Shown here: piece after piece, positions 53,841 through 64,000 of the stretch | Position numbering within the stretch: position 1 is the stretch's first letter | How the letters are laid out: every line of letters starts with the position of its first letter | Assembly (NCBI RefSeq): GCF_009914755.1 | Contig: NC_060927.1 | Length of the DNA: 64,000 nt | Strand: one strand, 5' to 3' | Source: the human T2T-CHM13v2.0 reference genome, Homo sapiens | Notes under the pieces: generated by a model | What the model saw: the letters and a program-made list of their open reading frames with translations, nothing else | Databases searched by the model: none | What the model was told of the DNA's origin: nothing | Made by a program: the position numbers and the translations under genes

Positions 53841-56806
53841 GGGTTTGTAGTTTAATAAATAGAGAGAGAGATGAGATGCATTTGTATATTCAGCCTACTT
53901 TCTTACTAGGCACAAACCACTGAAAGGCTTGCCATCATTGATTAGCTTGCTCCTTTCTAGTGAAAGCTGTGCTCAGGGCTCCATTCCCCCATTCCAAAGT
54001 AGCAGAAAACAGAATGAGTGAAGGAGGCTGTTCCAGCCTAAACACTAACTGCTACTGGAAACAAATGTTATATTATTGAATTGTAATAGAATGTAATAGA
54101 AGTCCTTTGTGTCCTGTGAGTCAAAATATCAGTGATTTATGAAATGCATTTCTTGACAAATACGCTGCATGAAATTTTTATTGTTATTTTTTCCCCGTCC
54201 TGGCTCTTAGAGAAATGTTAAGAAGCTAAAATCAGACCAGATGGGCCAACAAAATTATGCATCTCTAGTAGATACATTTCTGAGGACTTAACTGCTTTCA
54301 TGATGCAGGAGTCCTGTTGCTAACAGAACTACTGAAGGTCAGATTCAAGGCTTTGCAGTCAACTTGATCTCACATAACCTGCTTATAAATAAATGAGACA
54401 GAAATGTTTTGTTCTTTAAAAAGAACCCTAAACTTCACCATGGTTTAAAAATCCAGAGTGTAAATCTTTTCCATTTTGATCACAAAGCATTTGAAATACC
54501 CTCTTATCCCAAGTTTTTCAGGAAAATAAAGGCTTAGGCATTTTGCCCTTCTTCTCCTAGTTAGGTTTGTCCTTTTCAACACTGTCTCCGTTGATACTTG
54601 TATATTATAGGCAAATTCCAATTTTGTTTTATAGCACTATCATTTTTTTTCAAGCAGAGAGATTAGGCCACTTAACTATACTTAAAGTGGTGAAGTAAAT
54701 TTTCATTGATTTTAAAACAAAATATAGGTCTTATGATAATAAACAGTTCTTTATAACCCAGTACACAGTAGGTGCTCCATAAATATTTGTGGAATGAATA
54801 TGTGGTGCTCTAAGGGTCATTTAAAAATTAGACTATAATATCTCTAAGTAACCAATTATTCAATTCCAAAGACATATTGATTTAAGCCATTAGGTCTACA
54901 ATTATATTTTGCAACACATCATTGCATAACGCACCACTCCTACAGAACCAAAGCAAACTGAAGCCAAACACAATAAATTTCTGCATTATACATTTGCACA
55001 GGGCTTATGATTTTTATTTACCTATTCCATTTAATCCATACAATAAACTCTGAGCAGAGAAAGAATTATCATACAAGGAAAAGAGAGCCCAAGAAGTGTC
55101 TAAGCCCTGATAATCAGTGACAGACCCAGGCAAATGCCAATTTCTGACTCCTAATCTAATGCCTTTTGTACTGCACTGGACTCTTTCAACTGTGGTGCTA
55201 GGCAAAAGACATGGAAAAAGATGGAAAAATGAACCAGAATGGAAGAAAAACAAAAGTAATCAGCATTTCACATTATTGAAGGCTCTTTAGTTTTTGTTTT
55301 AATGTGTATTTACCATAACATATAGTCACAGTCTTGTCAAACGTTAGTTGACCCTTTTTCTGTGAATGATTAAAATTGAGCACAAGTGCACACAGAGGCA
55401 ACAAGTCTATTAAAAATACAGGTAGTAGTCTATGAATGTCATCAGACTAGACTTCTAGAAAGCCTGCCTTCAGCAATTTCAATTTTAAGAACAAGAGCAT
55501 CTCATATCCTAATTAAGAGGTAAGAAACTGTTGAAGGTAGCATTTGGTTCAACTGGCATTATTCTGTGCTTGGGCCACCTGAATAGTCTCAATACTGCCA
55601 ATAATTGTTGTTATAGCATTGAAAAATCCACAGCTCCTCAAAATGTAGCAGAAAGGCAGGTAGTAGCTTGACTCGGATTTTAGTCAGCTGCAAACTAGTA
55701 GCATGACCTTGGGAGGGGGGCATCTCTCCACCCTCTTAAGCATCAATTTCTCAGAGAGGGACTGGACTCCACTATCTTTTAGATCCTTTGTTTCTAAAAA
55801 TTTATTCCAGCAACATATTGGATATTCTATTCTAACAAAGTACCTGAGACAGAAGTAGAAACTCCATAAACTGAATTTATGATGTAACTGGTAGTGAATT
55901 ACACTAAGTGAAGAAATTGAACACCAAACTAAGCTTAGTCCTTCTACGAACTACCCCAGCTTAATGTACATGGTTGACTGTCTTTTGGGTTTTCCATACT
56001 TCCTTCAGGAATGCTTTTATTTCTATGTGATTAACTACTTTTACATTTCCTAAAACATCTATTTCCCACATTTTTGACTCTTCATGTCAAAGAACACTTC
56101 CTGACACTGTCTTTGTCAGTGTTGCTTCTTGCTTTACTGAGACTGTAACTACTGAGAAAAATTCTGCCCTCATTCCCTTCCTCTAAAGGGTCTCTCTTCC
56201 CCTTCATTCTCTCTTTGTCCCACTCTGATTTCAAGGGAAAAAGCATTCTCATCTTCTCAAAGATAAGCTTCTCAATAATTGTATTCCACTTCCTTATTCC
56301 ACCAGATCTCCAACCTTTCCCTTGATTCCTTACGGACCTTCCCGAGTCTAAAAGTTGTTTAGATATCTTTCATTCTACCCCAACAAAATTAAAACTAGTA
56401 CTTTTCTCTTAAACCTGCCACTATATTTTAACATGAAATTTCTTAATAATCTGTCTTCTCCCACTTTCTTACCACTCAAAATGTCTCTATTTCTTTGCAA
56501 TCTGTTGGCTGACCTCTTTATTATAGTAAAACCTTATGACCAAATTACTTAATCCTCTGTGAATTTCATAACTAACTTAAAATCTACTCTTCATTTTCTT
56601 TTCCAAATCTGTTTCTCTTGTGATCCCCATTTCTGATGACTTCAGAGTCCTTTCTCCCCTCATGTCCAATCAGTTGTCAAATCCAAGTATATTTTCTTAC
56701 ATGAATTCTCTTCCACTTGCCTCTCCACTATTCCAAGGTAGCATGTGAGCCCCAGTTTAGGTCATTAATATCTTTGGACTCGTGATAATTTTCAAACTGG
56801 TCAACT

Positions 56807-57035
56807 TTTTTTTTTTTTTTTGTAGACCACAAAATCCACTTTTATTTGGTAGTTTTACATCTATAGCCAAATAGAAAGCAATGGGTTGACACAGTAATCT
56901 AGAGATTACCTCTGGAAAAAAGTAACGTGAGTCTGTCTAACCACATTTTCCTAACTCAACAGTAGGATCATGATAAGGCAAATGCAAGTTATTTTTACCA
57001 TGATTCTCAAATGTGAATTGAATTCTGACTCATCA
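56807..57035 (-). pseudogene. Retroposed polyadenylated fragment (truncated processed pseudogene or orphan 3' transduction); source unidentified
   Basis: On the minus strand: ~214 nt non-TE body, AATAAA 19 nt before an A16 tail, flanked by a 14-bp direct repeat caaactggtcaact (56793-56806, 57036-57049). Confidence 0.85.
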
Positions 57036-58469
57036 CAAACTGGTCAACTATTTCTAAGATCTCCTTTCTTCGTATAGTATCACCCACTGGTGGCTGGTTT
57101 AAGTACAACAAAAGAAATGTTTCTACTGATATTAGTGCTATCTGAAATGGAATGGCTTGCCTGAAGTTGGCAATTATAACATAAAGTAAATAATATCAAA
57201 GCAATGAGAAGGCTAGCAGGAGACAGTATAATTTTGAGTATTCACTGCATGCTAGACACTGCATTAACCATTTTACATGTGTCATCTTACTAAATTTTGA
57301 CAACCCTATGATATTACTTACCCCCTTTTGCAGATAAGAAAACCAAGACTAAAAGCATTTAAGCAACCCATGCAAAGCAACTAAGATGATAATAGAGCAG
57401 AGTTTTGAACTCGGGTAAGTCAGTGTGACCAGAATTTGTATCTTCAACATCCATGCTATGATGCCATCCCTGGAGATGCTCACTGTGGACTCTGGATGGG
57501 AGATGTTGCAAAGAAGCTTCAAGAGCTGAATAGACTGGCTAGATGATTTTTAAATCCTCTTCTTGACATCCCACTTGCATATTCACTTATATGTTGAGAA
57601 CTACTATTGTAAAATACAATGCTGGGTTCTGTGTGAGATGGAAGCAAGTGGTATTCTGCAGTTTCAAAAGTGAGCTTGCACTCTAATGAAGGAGGTAGAC
57701 ATGCATATGTGTATGACTGAAGAAGGCAGAATGGAAAGCACACAGCATAGAGCTGGGGCTGGGTGTGGCACTATCCAGCCTGAAGCTGAGAAATGGACAC
57801 GCTGCATTTTAAAACCCATTCCATTGACGTCATTTACTTCAGGACATACTACCCAGGCCCCTGGAAAGCAGCGTGGATTGGATTTACACCTCATTTCATG
57901 AGCATGACTCAGATATGCATTGAGGTATATTTCTTGAGAGATTCTATGACTTATTTTCCTAGACAGTGGGGAGCTGGTGGCAATTCCTCAGTAGGTAAAT
58001 AAAGTTGAGCAGTAATGAAGGAAGCTAGAATTACCAGCGTGGAAGAATAAGTCACAGAGAAACTGGAGGGAGGCATCTCAAGGTATACTCCAGATGTGAG
58101 ATAACAAGGAAAGGAATCACACACACACATAAAAACCAGAACAGATTAAAGTTACAGTTCTAAGAAAGAATTGATGAAACCAGACTCCTTATAGGATATG
58201 GGTACCAAAGAAAGCGAAAAAAGTTAAAACTGATTTTTCAAAAGTGAGAATAAAGTGATGGGAAAAGTATTCTTTTAATAGTATAGAAAGTATGAATTTA
58301 GTCTGAGTGTGAGGTGCCAATCACAGTTACCTGGTTATTGTGATGAAAATATTCCATGGACAACTGAAAACATATTCTTAGTAATTTGTAAATGGGCCCA
58401 GGTCAGAGATTCAACCCTGGAAGTCATTTACATACTTGCCACTTCTGTTCTCTGTAGAACAGCAACAAA

Positions 58470-58593
58470 AGCAATTTCTGAGAGCTTTTAAAAATGCAGA
58501 TTCTCAGGCTCCTTCTCAGGCCTACTGAATCAGAATCTGCATTTTAGTAAGGTTCCCTACATGACTTGCATGCACAAAGTTTGAGAAGCATTG
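58470..58593. mobile_element. MER5-type DNA element
   Basis: aaaatgcagattctcaggc...cctactgaatcagaatctgcatttt...aagtttgagaagcattg. Confidence 0.8.
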
Positions 58594-58714
58594 TTGTGCA
58601 TAGAGGGGATTGTTAAAGACTAGACATAGATAAGAAGGGTACTGCAGGTAAGATAGAACATGATTCCACATTTAGGAGATATAATAAGGAGTGAGCAAAG
58701 GAGAAAAGGAAAGG

Positions 58715-59261
58715 TGTGATGGTTAATAGTGAGTGTCAACTTGATTGGATTGAAGGAAGCCAAGTATTGATCCTAGGTATGTCTGTGAGGGTGTTGCCAA
58801 AAGAGATGAACATTTGAGTCAGTGGACTTGGAAAGGCAGACCCACCCTCCATTTGGGTGGACACCATCTAATCAGCTGACAGCATAGCTAGGATAAAGCA
58901 GGCAAAAGAAGTTGGAAGGACTAGACTGTCTGAGTCTTCTAGCTTCCATCTTTCCCCTGTGCTGGATGCTTCCTCCCCTCAAACATCAGACTTCAAGTTT
59001 TCAGCTTTTGGATGCTTGGACTTAATGACAGTGGTTTGCCAGGGGCTCTTGGGTCTTCAGCCACAGACTGAAAGCTGCATTGTCAGCTTCCCTACTTTTG
59101 AGGTTTTGGGACGCGGACTGGCTTCCTTGTTCCTCAGCTTGCAGACGGCCTGTTATGAAACCTCAACTTGTGATTCTGTGAGTCAATACTCCTTAACAAA
59201 CTCCCCTTCATGTATATACATCTCTCCTATTAATCCTGTCCCTCTAGGAAACCCTAATACA
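58715..59261 (+). mobile_element. MLT2A (ERVL) solo LTR
   Basis: TGTGATGGTTAAT...GAGTGTCAACTTGATTGGATTGAAGG...CCCTAATACA; near-TSD aaagg/aatgg. Confidence 0.92.
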
Positions 59262-59289
59262 AATGGTTAAAGGGGCAAGAGGAAAATCT

Positions 59290-60200
59290 AAATAAAAATG
59301 TCAAAGAAAGAAAGAGTTTAAGAATAGGTTAAGAAGGATAAGGACTGAGAAAACTCTACTGGGTTTAGTAACTAATTGGTCATTAGTGACCACCAAGAGA
59401 CATTTCAGTGGAACAGTGGAAAAGGGATGGAAACTAGTGAGAAGGGATGAGGACTGTGCGGATGGTGCAGAATTCAGAATGTGGGAGCCATAACTCTGAA
59501 AAGTTTGGAAATTAAAAGAGACTGAAAAGTAGCTTAGAATACATAACAGGATCAACAGAAGGCTTTGTTTTCAGGGAGAGAAACTTTGAGCATGCTTGCC
59601 AGCAGGAGGCAGGGCACCACTGCCTGTGAAAGGGCAAATGGAAGAGAGAGGGGATCACTGGGGAAGCAAAGGCTTAGACGACATGGGAAAGATGGGATCA
59701 TGAGCACTGTCTGAAGTCAGAATTGTGTTTCTTGGAAAGAAGAGAAGAGAGGTAAAGATAAATTCAGGATGAGGAAAGAGTGAGTTGATAAAGGATAGTC
59801 TAGATTTCCTCAGTACTGTGGAAGGTAGAATAGATTGGGGGAAGAAAATAGCAGGGAATGTAGCCAGGATGCTGTTGCCAGAATCCAGGGTAAGGTGAGG
59901 CATGCTTGGATTGGGAACATTAGTGTGAAATGGACAAGGAGAAGACACAGATGCAGATATGGGTACATCTCAAAAGAAAAACGAATGTATCTTCGGGCCT
60001 TCATAAACGATAGTAGGTGAAAAATAGAAAATAAATGAAGTTTTAAATTAGAGCCAATGGGACAATGATACTACTTTAGAAAGCAATACAGAGACAAGTG
60101 AGGTGATATTTCAAGAGAAAAAGTCTGAGTTTAATCTTGTCATGTTGAGTTTGAGGTAATGGTAACACATAAAAGTGAGAATGTTGATATCTCACTGGTT
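59290..60200 (-). mobile_element. Degenerate L2 fragments
   Basis: aaggataaggactgagaa...ggtcattagtgacc...catttcagtgga and catgttgagtttgaggt motifs; boundaries approximate. Confidence 0.5.
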
Positions 60201-60479
60201 ATTTCATTCAGCATGTATTTACTTGGGGCCTCCTATGTTCCTGATGCTCTTCGGGGGACCAGGAAGTAACGGTGGGCAAGATACTCCCTGTCTTCACCGA
60301 GCTTAAAACTTACACGGCAAGACAGACAGGTAACAAGGCACTGGGGTCAATCAGGTGAGAATTCAGACACTGAAGATACTCGCTTCTTACAAACTTGGGG
60401 GCGGAAAAAAGGCAAGAGAGTCTGCTCTGGACTGGCCAAAAAGGAGAGCCCTCATTCTACGTTAAGAGTAAGTAAACAC

Positions 60480-60864
<385 letters not shown>

Positions 60865-62919
60865 CTAAACTATTCATAAAGCTTTAATACGCTGGCAAAA
60901 GAGTGAGAACTAAAGCAATCTTGAAATCTTTAACAAGTTGGAAACATGAGAAAGAAAAAATAAGCTATTAATGGTGAAATAAATTTGGGTTAAAAACAGT
61001 TGACTCTTCATCAGGGCCAATTTGAAAGCTTTCTTTCAAATTGAGGCTCTATTGAAGACAAATGGGTACACTCTTCCATTCAAAGCCCATTAAGAATAAA
61101 AACTGTAAATGAAGCACATCTGCTCTCCGATGTGAACTTAGAAAGGAATCTTAAAGCATGGGAGACCCATAAAGACCCTATGCAAATAGGTACAGAAACA
61201 TGCGCCACAAAGGATAAAGTGATATTTCATTGATACTTCCAAGCTAAAAACAAAACAAAAACAATGAGGGTTTTCTAACTGGAAACTTACTACCTAAGAG
61301 CTTTGATATACAAAGTCCATAGTCAAAATATAAAAACAAATTTCACTGTTATTTGCACAGGATAAATGAGGCTACACAAACCAATGTAAATCATTTTTTT
61401 AAAAAATCAGAGACTGTACAGAGGGAACCAAATATCAATGAATTAAAATGATACCAATTGGTGTTCCTGTAGCAAGCCAAGTGCATTCAGATTGCAATGG
61501 TTTTGTAAAAAGATACTCCTGAAGTAAAACTTTAGCTGTATTAATCTTCCAATTTTCAGAATATAACCATCATTTTTAGCTATTATTGCTTATGCTAACC
61601 TACTGGATTAGTCTAAATTATAAAAAAATTATGCATGAACATATGAGGGTAGATTTCTCCAAGTCTAGTCTGCTTCTAATTACACTAATTTGTAGTTCTG
61701 GCAGATTTATTTGGATGCTTCTAATATGTACAGTATTTCCAGGCTTTTAAATCGGGGCTATTATTTTTTTCCTCAAACATCACAAAGACTTTAAATGTCG
61801 GTTTATTAACTATGCTAATTAGGGAGAAAGGAAGCATGGGGAAATGAAATTTACTAGTACTCCAAATACTCCTTTTTAGTCATTACTGTTTAATTCTTCC
61901 CTTCAACTCATGTCCTAATGGTTCCCTACTTTGGTCAAGAATATCTTGCTTGTCATTATTGTATCTTTCAAAAGACTTTATTCAAAATGAAATTATCGAT
62001 TTTGAATATTGTGATGTGATGTGCCTAATTCCATCTATTTGATAAGAGTAGAGCCAGGGTGCGTGTGCAAGGGGGTGAGGGTGAGGGTGAGATCCATGCA
62101 TGGTCTGAATAGCTTGGGCCTTAGAGTCAACAGCCTGGGTTAGAATCCTAGCTCCATTAGGTCATCTGTCCTAACTTTCTCTATATTCATTATCTCCGGG
62201 TGCTGTCAAACCATGGCAACATCTATCAATTAGAATCGGTCATCAGATAGATTCTTTTACAGAAGTGTCAGTAGGACAAAGTGAAATTGGAGGAGAGGCT
62301 TGAGAGCGGGAGGAAGAAATTACTCCAAATTATGCTACACAAGTTTGCCAGGTTACTAAACCTATTGAAACAAGTAGTCCTACAGATTCATCAAGCAAGT
62401 TGAGTAACCCTTAAAATTGGGTTGCATTTTGCTGTAAGACTACAAAATTTCCTTTCTTCCTTCCTCTCTTCTCCCTTTCTCTCTCCATAACTTTATCAAG
62501 ATAATTTTTAAAAAGAAAAAGAGCAATCCATAAGTGTTTATTTTCTCAGCATCAGTACCCCAGACCAATCCATTAGGAACCGGAATTATCACAAGGAGGC
62601 ATGTTCTTTTGAGTCCATTTTCCAAACAAAATAAGTCATGGGATTAGTGGTGGGTGAAATAAAAAGTATTTCAGATTCTTTGAAGCATTTCAAAATTATT
62701 TTTCAAAAAATTGGGTTTTGGAAATATCTTCTACATGTTTTTCCAAGTATTCATCCCTTGAGAACCATGGGCATATGAAGGGAAATTTGATTTTTTTCTT
62801 GAGTCTAGATTTCCCAACGTCAGATGAAAGGTGATTTTGAGAACTTATAAACACTTTAAAAATTCCTTCATTTTAGTTTGATTTGGACAAATAAAAATAA
62901 ATAAAACACTACAAAAAAC

Positions 62920-63650
62920 ATAAACATGGCCAAAAAGCACATTAAGTATGCAATAGCCTTAGTGTAAGGGAAATACATATCAAAACTGTAATGAAAAACT
63001 ACTACACTAGAATGGCTAAAATGAAAGATGCTGACAACACAAAATGCTGCTTTAGAATGTGGAGCAATCAGAGCTCTCCTACATTGCTTGTGGGAATGTA
63101 GATGGAAAAATTAGGCAAAAAATAATCAAATATACATAATATACATCTTCCTATAACTCAGAAATTCCACTTATGTTTAAGAGAAATTAAAATGTCCACC
63201 AAAATTTTATGCGAAAATGTTTATACAGTCTGTATTCATATACATAAAAAAAAACAACATAATTCAGGTGCTCATTAGCAAGAGAATAAACTTTTGAATA
63301 TTCACATAATAGACTATCACTCAGGAGTACAAAAAAGAATGAATTATTGATATCCGCAATGTCATGAATGAATCTCAATGCTCAGCGAAAGAAGACAGTC
63401 AGAAAACCCATACTATATGACTCCATTTATATGGAATTCTAGAGTAGGCAAAACTAATCTATGGTGATAGAAATCAAATCAATGGTTGTTTCTGGAGGAA
63501 AGTACTTTCTAGAGTGATAAAATTTTTCTGTTTCCTGATGGGTATTGGATACATGGTTATAGGCATTTGTCATAACTCAAACTGTACACTAATATTTATG
63601 CATTTTACTGTGTTTAAATTATACCTCAATAAATGTTTTTTATTCAAAAA
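62920..63650 (+). mobile_element. Old L1 (L1MC/ME-like) 3' fragment
   Basis: ctagaatggctaaaat...acattgcttgtgggaatgta...ccatttatatggaattctagagtaggcaaaactaatctatggtgatagaaatca...ttatacctcaataaa. Confidence 0.85.
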
Positions 63651-64000
63651 GGAATAAGAAAACTTCTGAAATGTAAAAATCACTTTGAATGTATTTAAAA
63701 TAGAAAACTTTAAAAATAAAATGCCTTGATTGAAGCTTGAAAATTTTGAATGCTTTTCTAGATGCAAGTTTCTGAGTTTTGAAGCTAATATAGTAAATAT
63801 TTATAAGCAAACATCATTTTATAACCAACCTAGAAGTATGGTTCAGCATGTAGCACAGGGCCTAGTACATATCCATCCAATGCATCTAAATACATGCATC
63901 AAATGGTTGGATGGATAAATAGCAGTAGTTTAAAAATATACTTAGATTTTTCCCATTTGTTCTTCCAAAGAAAATGGTAGCTTCATTTCCAACTTGCTTT

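Overview
AT-rich, CpG-poor human (primate) genomic DNA lying wholly inside one minus-strand gene, ABI3BP (TARSH, a secreted extracellular-matrix protein). The gene was recognised from translated exons such as FYTIRYREKDKEKKWIFQICPATETIVENLKPNTVYEFGV and APGKTQFISLKPKIPLSPEVTHTKP. I reconstructed 25 coding exons by hand (W1-W25 in transcription order, 52144 down to 482); neither start nor stop codon is in the window. W1 encodes part of an FN3 domain. W4-W25 are 22 consecutive small (39-93 nt) phase-1/phase-1 exons encoding about 512 aa, mostly a Pro/Thr/Ser-rich mucin-like stalk. Every one of them ends in G, so any skipping combination is in-frame and stop-free. The last 20 all have donors lacking +5G (19 of 20 are G|GTAA[not G]). 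Introns hold 13 Alus, L1/L2 fragments, THE1, MLT2A and MER89-like LTRs, MER20/MER5/MER45/MADE1 DNA elements and microsatellites. Unexplained items include a TSD-flanked poly(A)-tailed retroposed ~230-bp non-TE fragment, an exact 31-bp duplication bracketing one exon, several cryptic or poison exon candidates, and inverted Alu pairs around exon groups. Repeat subfamily calls are from memory of consensus sequences, and their ends are approximate.
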